A stretch of 15,479 nucleotides of DNA, taken from IMG/VR virus record IMGVR_UViG_2695420487_000018; one strand, 5' to 3'. A program made the position numbers and the translations under genes. Position 1 is the first letter of the stretch, and each line of letters begins with the position of its first letter. Shown here one piece after another: positions 1 through 7,754 of the stretch. The notes beneath the pieces were generated by a model. The model saw nothing but the letters and a program-made list of their open reading frames with translations. It searched no databases and had not been told where the DNA came from. The DNA is from a virus. Its lineage: Duplodnaviria; Heunggongvirae; Uroviricota; Caudoviricetes.

Positions 1-165
1 ATGGCAAAGCCGATCATCACGCTCAATGGCCTAAAAATCGTCATTATGTTGGGAATGCTGGTCATTATTCTCTGCGGTATCCGTTTTGCCGCCGAGATCA
101 TCGTGCCGTTTATTCTCGCATTATTTATTGCTGTTATATATAACTTATTTCACATAACACGTTGA
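1..165 (+). pseudogene. tqsA: Truncated 5' part of a host inner-membrane transporter gene (TqsA/YdgG-like); about 45 host-like codons, then 9 codons of AT-rich island DNA to a TGA
   Basis: ATG at 1; translation [45 protein letters not shown]... is a hydrophobic N-terminus I recognise from memory as E. coli-type TqsA (not searched). Composition switches abruptly to AT-rich at about 135-140. Confidence 0.45.
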
Positions 166-462
166 TTTAATTAAATAATTTTCACCACAAAAAGTGCCAA
201 AAATCGCAAAATGACTACACCAGTGACTACACCGTTCGGTGCACTGTATGAAACAACGTGGAACAAATAGACACAAGAAATATACAGGCGGATCATCTTT
301 CCAGGGGGAAGCGCACCAATTCATGAGGGGCGTTAATGTCGATATGGGGATCCCCACCTACCGGAATTTTTTTCCGGTTAAACGTTAATCAGGCTGGTGG
401 GCTTTACCTGTTCGGTAGGAGTTATGATTATCGTAATACCTTTCCCCCAATGGGGTAAAAGC

Positions 463-609
463 ATCAACCGTAACGAAAGTCGTTATGGTTGCCACTGATA
501 CCCCAAATTTGGGTATCACGAGTAAGACCCAAAATCTGGGTGTTACTCTTACTACCCAAACTACGGGTAGTTTCCGTAGTTTCATGGTCGAGTTGCAGAT
601 CTGCAACTC
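463..609. repeat. Array of dyad-symmetric sites: AACCGTAACG-N5-CGTTATGGTT (463-487), three ACCC-N7-GGGT sites centred at 507, 534 and 561 (27-bp spacing), and a perfect 20-bp palindrome GAGTTGCAGATCTGCAACTC (590-609)
   Basis: Read directly from the sequence; arms GATACCC/GGGTATC and CTACCC/GGGTAG are perfect reverse complements. Confidence 0.6.
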
Positions 610-902
610 CCCCATTAACCACAGGCGAATTTCCGCCTTCGGTCATTCCTTAATCATCTGCGTAATCATAATGATTATTCAGCAAGCGCAATTTTGCGCT
701 TTGCTTAAAGTTCAGCGAGTTACCGCGCCGACTTCCTCAAATTGAGGTTTCCGAAAATATCAGCGGGTTAGCGATTAAGCTGATCATTAATTAAACTGCG
801 AAAATTTCGTAGTTTGTGACTGTCTTTCAGGCAGCTTGTTAACAGTCCTCAGAAGCGAGGGATGTAGCCACCCATTTTTGGTCCGTCGGGAATATCAACC
901 AG

Positions 903-1184
903 TTACCGCCGCAACCGCTCCGGCTTCTTCCAGTGGTACGTTATTTTCTCCTTCTCCCGATACATCTCCACGCGGCGACGGTAGGCCAGCAACTCAAGAA
1001 CTCTGGTTCGTATGTTGCGCATATCCACGCCATTAAGTTCTATACCATCACGGCGCATCACCTCAGCAACAACACGCGCATAGTTTTCGGCTGTCACGCT
1101 GTCCGGCTGCGTGGCCTGTTCGTCAGCCTGCTGGCTGATTCCAGAGACGCGGCGGATTAATCGCAGTATTTCGGCTTCTGTCAT
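903..1184 (-). CDS. Hypothetical protein (93 aa), last gene of the packaging operon
   Basis: ORF starts 14 nt after the TerL stop, with GAGG about 9 nt upstream of the ATG; no family recognised. Confidence 0.5.
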   Translation of the reverse strand: MTEAEILRLIRRVSGISQQADEQATQPDSVTAENYARVVAEVMRRDGIELNGVDMRNIRTRVLELLAYRRRVEMYREKEKITYHWKKPERLRR

Positions 1185-1197
1185 GCTGCTGACCTCA

Positions 1198-2859
1198 TTA
1201 CACCCCGCTAAATTCTTCCAGTTTCTGGCGGTGGCTGTCGCTTATATCAAAAGCAAAATCCTCATGCTCTGCCTGGAATGTACCAAACGCCATCAGCGCC
1301 GCTACGCTCGGGTCTATCTTGTTCGGTGATTTTTTCTTGTTCGGCTTGATATTGGCGTTCGCGTCACTCTGCATCACGACGTTACTCATCGACCAGGACA
1401 ACACCGGATCGCCACGATGCACAATCACCCTGCGGTTAACAAAAACTTCGAACGATTTCGCCGCCGGACTGAATCTGAGGTAGGTTTGCGGGAACGGCTC
1501 CACCTCAAAACCTGCCCCCTGTAATTGCGTTCTGAGATGCGTGGCGTTCCACGTATCAAAGCCCACCAGCCTGATATTAAATTTCTCCGCGTCCTGCATG
1601 ATGTCATCTCTGATCCGGTCGTAATCAATGCAGTCGCCAGGTGTTGTGCGTATCCAGCCTGCTTTAGCCCACTGACGATAGACAGCGCGGTTTTTATTGG
1701 CGGGGTTCTGTAGCTGGAACTCCGGCAGATAATGACGGGAAACCAGCATAATGGTTTTACCTACCGGAAAGGCATAGCACACGCTGGAAATATCGCTTGT
1801 GGATGATAAATCCAGCCCCGCGTAACACTCCTGGCCGTGTAAATCTTCCTCCGTGAACGTTCCGGCACACTCAGCCCATGCGCCGTTACCCATCCACGGG
1901 GTAGTCCCCTGACACCAGATATTAAATCGCTTTGTCATCATCTCCACCCACTGCGACGGAATACCCCGCGCTTTCTGGATGGTTGAGGCCAGTTTTTCAC
2001 GATCCACGGAAACATCAATATTAGGGTTCGCCTTTATCCACATCGCCGGATCATCAACCTCGTTTTCGTCGTCCAGTTCGTAAATCAGTACAAAAATTGA
2101 ATCGTTAACCTCTTCGCCGTCCAGGATCTGGCAGCAATAATCATAGTGCTGCTTACAGGCTGAAACGACGTTGCTGCCTGATGTGGTAATGGCAAATAAC
2201 AGCCCTTCGGGACGTGCGCCCATCCCCAGCTCAAGCGCGGAATAAACGCCGTTATCGGGGTGCAAGTGGTATTCGTCCACGATGGAAAGGCTTGGGTTTG
2301 TGCCCTCGATGGTTGCCGCTTTTGCTGCCAGCGGCTTTAACAGGCTGTTGCTTTTCGGGTGTATCACCTTATGCGCCTGAATATTCACCCGCCTGCGTAA
2401 CGGTCGGGATAAAAGGCACATCTGACGCGCATCATCAAAGACGATCCGCGCCTGGTCACGGCTCACCGCTGCGGTGTAGATATCCTGCTGACCGTTCTCC
2501 ATAATCAGAAACCAGTTAGCCAGAATCGCGGCGGTCGTGGATTTCGCATTTTTGCGCGGCACTTCGATAAAGGCGCTCGTATATTTGCGCCGTCCGGTGG
2601 CCTTAACCTTAAAGCCGAGGATGCACGCAAAGGCGAACTGCTGCCACGGCTCCAGCTCAATGGGTCTGCCACGCATCGGTCCTTTTACGTGCGGGCACAC
2701 CCTGGAAAAGGCAATAAACCGCTCCACAACCTCACGATCGAACGTGTAAAGGGGGCTTTTAAGGTCCGAAAAGTACCGTTTAACAGCCTGTTTTAACCGT
2801 TTACAGGCCGGAATTTTGCCCGTTTTTACGTCTTCTGCGTACTTATTCCAGGCGGTCAA
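1198..2859 (-). CDS. terL: Terminase large subunit (HK97/Terminase_1-like)
   Basis: 553-aa ORF; N-terminal ATPase region with P-loop-like VPRKNAKST, C-terminal nuclease-like region; start overlaps the TerS 3' end by 17 nt. Confidence 0.9.
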   Translation of the reverse strand: MTAWNKYAEDVKTGKIPACKRLKQAVKRYFSDLKSPLYTFDREVVERFIAFSRVCPHVKGPMRGRPIELEPWQQFAFACILGFKVKATGRRKYTSAFIEVPRKNAKSTTAAILANWFLIMENGQQDIYTAAVSRDQARIVFDDARQMCLLSRPLRRRVNIQAHKVIHPKSNSLLKPLAAKAATIEGTNPSLSIVDEYHLHPDNGVYSALELGMGARPEGLLFAITTSGSNVVSACKQHYDYCCQILDGEEVNDSIFVLIYELDDENEVDDPAMWIKANPNIDVSVDREKLASTIQKARGIPSQWVEMMTKRFNIWCQGTTPWMGNGAWAECAGTFTEEDLHGQECYAGLDLSSTSDISSVCYAFPVGKTIMLVSRHYLPEFQLQNPANKNRAVYRQWAKAGWIRTTPGDCIDYDRIRDDIMQDAEKFNIRLVGFDTWNATHLRTQLQGAGFEVEPFPQTYLRFSPAAKSFEVFVNRRVIVHRGDPVLSWSMSNVVMQSDANANIKPNKKKSPNKIDPSVAALMAFGTFQAEHEDFAFDISDSHRQKLEEFSGV

Positions 2860-3199
2860 GCTCGTCCTCTTCTTCTGTTTCCGGTGGATTTTTACGGCGG
2901 CTTATCGGGTCAAAACCGAGCAAGGAGGCCATTTTTATCATCACTCTTTCCGCGTCGGATTTCGCGCTTAATGCGGGGTTTCTGCTCTCTCCGCCCTGAC
3001 TGTTAACAATGCTGAACCCGCGCGCCGCAAGGTCTGCGACGGCTTTCCGGTATATCGAGTAATTGACGCAATACAGTTCCAGATTACTCCAGTCGGCGGG
3101 AGTCAGGTCACCCCGTTCCGCAAGCGGCCGCGATTTTTCCCGCCACTGCTTCACGGCGATATCATCCAGGTAGGCGGGGGCTTTCGGTGGTCTTGCCAT
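2843..3199 (-). CDS. terS: Terminase small subunit (P27-family-like)
   Basis: 118-aa ORF directly upstream of and overlapping TerL; acidic C-terminal tail EEEDELDRLE; size and position typical of HK97-type TerS. Confidence 0.75.
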   Translation of the reverse strand: MARPPKAPAYLDDIAVKQWREKSRPLAERGDLTPADWSNLELYCVNYSIYRKAVADLAARGFSIVNSQGGESRNPALSAKSDAERVMIKMASLLGFDPISRRKNPPETEEEDELDRLE

Positions 3200-3322
3200 G
3201 CTTATTTTTTCGCCAGATTATTTTTCAAAAAATTCCCGTGCATAAAAATTTGAGGAGGCGTTCGGTGCCCGGCGGGGTCGGGTTTGTCCTGAAAACGCCC
3301 CCCACCCCGTCATACAGCCTCA

Positions 3323-3505
3323 TCAGCGATTGCGGAAACATTCCATAACCTCGCGGTCACGGTCGGTTAATCGCTTCGCTGTGATGCGTTCTGCGCGTCC
3401 TGACGCTTTATCTTTATGCCCTGTTTCCTGTGTCTTCCATGCGTCACGCTGCCTTATAAGTCCACGGATAAGGCGGTTTTGTTCCCGCTCATTCATCAGC
3501 GTCAT
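3323..3505 (-). CDS. Small basic hypothetical protein (about 57-60 aa) between HNH and TerS
   Basis: ATG at 3505 or 3496 lies just upstream of, and out of frame with, the HNH stop (3489-3491), suggesting coupling; translation M(TLM)NEREQNRLIRGLIRQRDAWKT... is Arg/Lys-rich. Only the 3' part of the longer 3323..3727 track ORF is used; weak SD. Confidence 0.3.
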   Translation of the reverse strand: MTLMNEREQNRLIRGLIRQRDAWKTQETGHKDKASGRAERITAKRLTDRDREVMECFRNR

Positions 3506-3929
3506 ACATCCAGTTATTGCGGTTAGCGGCCCGTTCTTCCTCTTCATGAAATCCACCTGCGGCACGCTTGCTTTTTGTTGCCGGATCAAGCCATTTCGTT
3601 TTCTGGTTATGACACGCCTGGCACAATGGTTGATGGTTCCATTCGGGCCAGAAGAGAACATCATCACCGCCATTAATCGGGATAATGTGATCCACCACCA
3701 CGGCGGGCGTATATATCCCCTTCTCAAGGCATCGCACGCATAACGGGTTTTTACTCAGATACATGGCGCGGTATTTGTCCCACTGTCTGGAGTACCCACG
3801 CGCGCGGCGGTGTCCTCGTCTGGCATCCTCTGCACGCCATGCCGCCCGCCTGTGCTCCTCACACTTGCCGGACTTCACGCGCCTGTTACAGCCTGGTTCT
3901 GTGCATCGTCTTAATGGTTGCCACGGCAT
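3489..3929 (-). CDS. HNH endonuclease (terminase-associated)
   Basis: 146-aa ORF with Cys pairs and the HNH core ...VVDHIIPINGGDD...NHQPLCQACHNQKT; start overlaps the upstream gene stop (TGATG). Confidence 0.85.
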   Translation of the reverse strand: MPWQPLRRCTEPGCNRRVKSGKCEEHRRAAWRAEDARRGHRRARGYSRQWDKYRAMYLSKNPLCVRCLEKGIYTPAVVVDHIIPINGGDDVLFWPEWNHQPLCQACHNQKTKWLDPATKSKRAAGGFHEEEERAANRNNWMYDADE

Positions 3930-4225
3930 CAGTACACCCCCACATCACGGTAAGCCGTCCAGAGCGCGCCAATCGTCATGGGTACGCGCGTTTTTGCGTT
4001 ATCCGCTACCAGCTGGCGATTCTCGTACAGGTGAGCGATAAACATCATGCAGCCAATCTTTATGGCTGGCGTGAACTCCAGCCCGTCATCAAAGCGCCTG
4101 CCTATATGTATCTGGCACGCCTCAAGCGATGCGGCAATGTATCCGCTGATTAACTGGTCTTCCTCGTCGCCATCGATGCGGCAATGGAGTTTCACTTCTT
4201 CCAGGGTGATAAGTTCTTCTGTCAT
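3929..4225 (-). CDS. Head-tail connector protein (gp6-like family)
   Basis: 98-aa ORF; N-terminal LITLEEVKLHCRIDGDEEDQLI resembles the gp6-like connector signature; ATGA overlap with the upstream gene. Confidence 0.65.
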   Translation of the reverse strand: MTEELITLEEVKLHCRIDGDEEDQLISGYIAASLEACQIHIGRRFDDGLEFTPAIKIGCMMFIAHLYENRQLVADNAKTRVPMTIGALWTAYRDVGVY

Positions 4226-4560
4226 TTTTCCGCGCCCTCACGACAAAGAATTTCAAGGCGTGTCCTGGCGGCATCCGGCAGCGGCTGCCCGATGATATTC
4301 AGTACACGCCCCGCCAGCGGCCCCGTATTGACCTTTATCCGGCTGGTGGCGTTGATGTCCTTCCTGTAGCGTATCCATATCCTTACCGTTCCAGTCGCCA
4401 GTTCTGCACCCGATGAAATGGCCTCCTTGCTGCTGATCATGTTCACGCTTGCCCAGAGTGTGTGACCGTCCACCCACGTTTCGAGTATTTCGCCGGTTAT
4501 ATCCCTGGTCTGTTTCAGGGTCTGAATCGTTACCCTGTCACGCAGTCGCCCTATGTTCAT
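4222..4560 (-). CDS. Head closure / head-tail joining protein (Phage_H_T_join-like)
   Basis: Track ORF 4222..4602; likely start is the ATG at 4560, overlapping the portal stop (ATGA). About 112 aa, MNIGRLRDRVTIQ...VRIWIRYR... resembles head-tail joining proteins. Confidence 0.6.
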   Translation of the reverse strand: MNIGRLRDRVTIQTLKQTRDITGEILETWVDGHTLWASVNMISSKEAISSGAELATGTVRIWIRYRKDINATSRIKVNTGPLAGRVLNIIGQPLPDAARTRLEILCREGAEK

Positions 4561-5768
4561 TCCGGTTTTTCTCCCTCGCTGATTTTTACTTCCTGTTTCC
4601 ATGCCTGGCTGAACTCATCACCACCATCACGCGGGGACAGCCCTTCACGTTCGCGGGCTTCGTTCGGGCACATAACGCCGGATTTGATGCCGCGTTCATA
4701 GGTGGCAAAGCGTTCGCCAGGTGTGGCCCGTAACAGGTCCGCGCTGTCAAACTCCACCTGATACCGGATACCAGGTACAGGTGAGGCCACCAGCAGGGCG
4801 TTTTTTATCTGCTGCTCAAAGTTCGCCAGCCACGGGCGCATCGTCATGGTGAGAAATGCGCGGCTTGCCTCGCTGAAATTGCTGTAGGTGCTGTTGCTGT
4901 ATTCCTGCAAAAAAATCGGCGAGACGTTGAACATTCGGGCGATGTCTTCAATGGTGAAGCGACGGGAGGCCAGCCATTCAGCATCCTGATTACTCATGCC
5001 CAGCTGCTGATAGCTCATACCCCCTTCAAGGATGGGCGTTTTTCCGGCGTTTCTGGCCCCTTTGTAGCGTTCCAGTGCGGCTAATGCCTGTTTGCCCTTC
5101 ACGCCGTCCAGCCATTCGCCTGACGTGATAACCCCTGCCGCCATCATGCCATCACGCATCACGCTCGCGCCGTGGCGTTGTTGGGCCAGCCCAAGCCCCA
5201 GCGATTCGCGGCAGATGGTTACAGGTGAGCGCCCCATAAAACCGTCATCTGTGGAGTAACGAAGGTGGAGAACCTCCCACGGTAAATAGTTGCGGGTGTT
5301 TCCGGTGTAGGCGTCAGTGATGCAGTAGCGCCAGTTATGCTCACCTGTCTGCTCCACGTTCACCGACTGCGGCGGGTAAGGATGTAAAGCCACCGGAAAA
5401 CCATCACGCCCCCACCGAATCACCGCATAAGCATTACCGTTTAACAGGCAGTGGCGGATCATCATTCGCTTAAACTGGTAGGGGGTTTGCCACGCGTTCG
5501 GGCGCTCGTTGAGGATGTGATCGACCGGATGAGAATCAAGCCACTCGCGGGCCTCCTTCCCCTTCTCATTGCGTACCAGGTACAGGTAACACGGCATGGT
5601 AGCCACCGCCTCAGAGATGACCGTCACGACGTTCATGACGGCGGGCAGTGATTCCGCTGTCCCCGATGATACGTACTCACCCGCCCCCGTGTTCGATGTG
5701 CCGGCCAGCGCCATAAACTCATCAAGCGTCATGCTGCGCTGCTCTTTTTTTCTTCTGAAAGGCCACAT
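4557..5768 (-). CDS. Portal protein (HK97 family)
   Basis: 403-aa ORF directly after the prohead protease gene; size and sequence character of HK97-type portals. Confidence 0.85.
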   Translation of the reverse strand: MWPFRRKKEQRSMTLDEFMALAGTSNTGAGEYVSSGTAESLPAVMNVVTVISEAVATMPCYLYLVRNEKGKEAREWLDSHPVDHILNERPNAWQTPYQFKRMMIRHCLLNGNAYAVIRWGRDGFPVALHPYPPQSVNVEQTGEHNWRYCITDAYTGNTRNYLPWEVLHLRYSTDDGFMGRSPVTICRESLGLGLAQQRHGASVMRDGMMAAGVITSGEWLDGVKGKQALAALERYKGARNAGKTPILEGGMSYQQLGMSNQDAEWLASRRFTIEDIARMFNVSPIFLQEYSNSTYSNFSEASRAFLTMTMRPWLANFEQQIKNALLVASPVPGIRYQVEFDSADLLRATPGERFATYERGIKSGVMCPNEAREREGLSPRDGGDEFSQAWKQEVKISEGEKPE

Positions 5769-5769
5769 A

Positions 5770-6327
5770 TCACACCCCCGCTAAATCCGCCCACCAGCGG
5801 CGATTATCCGCACGCGGCATTTTTTCGGGGTGCTGCTCGTACAGGGAGCGGCGGGCCAGCTCCACGCCGGAATCAGGGTAAGCCGGTACGGATGTAACGG
5901 TAATTTCGTACAGTTCCGCCACCAGCACGGTGCGCACGCATGGATCTGTTGTGGTATCCCATACATCCTTACGGGAGCGAAAGCCAAAGCTCATGCCGGA
6001 TATATCACCACGTTTAACCAGTTCGATAACGTCCCGCCCTGTGCTGGTATCCGGTGGGATCAGTTCAAAACGTAACCCTGTGTCATCCTCTTCCAGTCTC
6101 AGCGTACCGGAACGGGTGCGCCCCAGTAACATGCTGTGGTCATGCTCATACAGGCCGCGAACGTCATTACCCACCGCAAGCCATTCAGTAAACGCCCCCC
6201 GCTGGAATTTTTCGTAAAACTCCCCCCATAGCAGCTCTGAAAGGTTATCCCAGCGAACAACGTAGCCTGTAAGCGTGTTGCTGCCGCTGGTGGTGATTTC
6301 CGATGACCGGATTTCCATACTCATCAT
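5770..6327 (-). CDS. Prohead maturation protease (HK97 family, S78-like)
   Basis: 185-aa ORF between capsid and portal genes; N-terminal ...TLTGYVVRWDN... and internal EHD motif typical of HK97 prohead proteases. Confidence 0.8.
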   Translation of the reverse strand: MMSMEIRSSEITTSGSNTLTGYVVRWDNLSELLWGEFYEKFQRGAFTEWLAVGNDVRGLYEHDHSMLLGRTRSGTLRLEEDDTGLRFELIPPDTSTGRDVIELVKRGDISGMSFGFRSRKDVWDTTTDPCVRTVLVAELYEITVTSVPAYPDSGVELARRSLYEQHPEKMPRADNRRWWADLAGV

Positions 6328-6381
6328 AATTTTTTCACCTGTAAAACAGAGAAGGGGCTTTTTAGCCCCTTCGGTGTGCTG

Positions 6382-7539
6382 TTAATCGTCGTCCTGCGGC
6401 AGTTCCAGAATCTTTATAGCGTTCGAATCCACCACGCCACCGCCTAAATATTTCTGCGTGAAAATTTTGATAAAGCCCGGCTCTGTCAGGTTGTCCGGTC
6501 TGGTGCGCACGCCCGTTTCATGATCAACGATGTAATAACCGCGTTTGAAGTCACCCAGGGCGATAACGTTATCCGGCATAAATTCCAGATACTCCACCGG
6601 AAGCCCCAGCAACGTATCAGGATCACCCGCCTGTAAACGGTCGCGCCAGATGTAATCGCCGTTCGCGTTCTTCACCTTCTGAAGTTTTGCCGCCGTCGTG
6701 GAGTTAACCACCCAGACCGCGTTTTTGCGGTATTTTTTACGTAATGCAAATTTCAGGTCGATCAGCGGGTCCGCAGATGTCCACGCCAGAGATTCGGAAG
6801 GTTTAATTACCTGCAACGTACCAAAATCACGCTCTTTGTCGTTCTTCTCTGCACGGGGTACGGATAAAAAACCTTTTGCTTTTTTGTCACCGTCGCCCAC
6901 AACCAGATCGCTTTCTTCGGTTTCCGTGAAGGTGTCGCCAATCTCACCCGTCAGCCATGAAAGGATGTCCACATCGGAAAAATCCACGATTTCCTGTGTG
7001 GTGCGCGGGTACGCATAGACCGGATACAGCTTAATGCTCACCTCGTTAATCTGCGGGGTGCTGGTCTGTTCGCGTGCCTTACCCTCTTCACCGTGGTTAA
7101 CGGTCGCACCGCCAGCGGAAACAAGCTGCTTAAACTCGTTGCTGCTGATTTTCTTCACGGTACAGATGCGGCGCATGGTGGATTCATCCGCCAGCATTCG
7201 CATGATTTCGGTGTTCAGCTCGGGGATAACGGTATAACCACCATCAGCGGGAACGCCTGTACTTAATGCGCGGGTTTCACCTGTCAGGATGTAGTTGCGT
7301 AGTTCTGCGGGGTCAGTGGTCTGACTGCTTTTACCTGGCTTGCTGCGCTCTTCGTCTGCAATGGCTTCAAGGCGGGAAATGTCTTTATCGAGGGATTCAG
7401 CTTTAGCGCGTAATTCGTCAAATTTTGCGCCCTCAGCATCGTTAAGACTGCGGTTTTCTTTTTCCGCGTTCTCCAGCATGTCGCGCATCTGATTTTTAAT
7501 GGCGGTTTTCTGCTGGCGTAATTCGATTATTCTCGGCAT
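6382..7539 (-). CDS. Major capsid protein (HK97 fold) with N-terminal coiled-coil delta/scaffold domain
   Basis: 385-aa ORF; first ~100 aa are coiled-coil-like (IIELRQQKTAIKNQMRDMLENAEKENRSL...), followed by a capsid-like body. Confidence 0.85.
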   Translation of the reverse strand: MPRIIELRQQKTAIKNQMRDMLENAEKENRSLNDAEGAKFDELRAKAESLDKDISRLEAIADEERSKPGKSSQTTDPAELRNYILTGETRALSTGVPADGGYTVIPELNTEIMRMLADESTMRRICTVKKISSNEFKQLVSAGGATVNHGEEGKAREQTSTPQINEVSIKLYPVYAYPRTTQEIVDFSDVDILSWLTGEIGDTFTETEESDLVVGDGDKKAKGFLSVPRAEKNDKERDFGTLQVIKPSESLAWTSADPLIDLKFALRKKYRKNAVWVVNSTTAAKLQKVKNANGDYIWRDRLQAGDPDTLLGLPVEYLEFMPDNVIALGDFKRGYYIVDHETGVRTRPDNLTEPGFIKIFTQKYLGGGVVDSNAIKILELPQDDD

Positions 7540-7546
7540 AAAAAAA

Positions 7547-7576
7547 GTCCTGGGGTTAAGTAAGGAACTCCAGGAC
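7547..7576 (-). promoter_or_regulatory. Hairpin immediately upstream of the capsid gene start; its 3' arm contains the only SD-like AGGA and is followed by U7 then AUG
   Basis: Minus-strand RNA GUCCUGG-AGUU-CCUUACUU-AACC-CCAGGAC-UUUUUUU-AUG; 7-bp perfect stem plus 3 further pairs after one mismatch. Confidence 0.45.
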
Positions 7577-7629
7577 GCGGCAAAAACTCAACCGTTTTTC
7601 ATAAGGAAATCAGCAATCGCACCGTTCGT

Positions 7630-7677
7630 TTTCCCGCCTGGTAATGAATATTGGCGAGAACATTAACAGGCGGGAAA
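7630..7677 (-). other. Long imperfect hairpin in the capsid-operon leader (11-bp perfect stem TTTCCCGCCTG/CAGGCGGGAAA plus 5 inner pairs, 14-nt loop)
   Basis: Read directly from the sequence; no U-run follows on either strand. Confidence 0.5.
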
Positions 7678-7754
7678 GTGGCCCCAGCGTCCTGGCACCA
7701 CGGGCGAGAATAATCATGATTCAGTTCGGGTAAAATATGCCGATCCGCTCAGTG

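Noticed and set aside
463-609. Possible CRISPR array or tRNA gene in the palindrome cluster
   Set aside because: The repeats are inverted, not direct repeats separated by unique spacers, and no cloverleaf with a T-loop-like GTTCRANYC could be drawn.
485-745. 86-aa plus-strand and 76/60-aa minus-strand ORFs in the left-end non-coding region
   Set aside because: They are generated by the palindromes themselves, have no RBS, and are mutually overlapping on both strands.
2214-2749. Plus-strand ORFs (96 and 70 aa) inside the TerL gene
   Set aside because: Antisense to a strongly supported coding region; Arg/Pro-rich translations typical of antisense frames in GC-rich coding DNA.
3323-3727. Full-length 134-aa ORF overlapping the HNH gene in another frame
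   Set aside because: The 5' two-thirds overlaps the conserved HNH coding frame; only the 3' part downstream of the HNH stop is kept as a low-confidence small gene.
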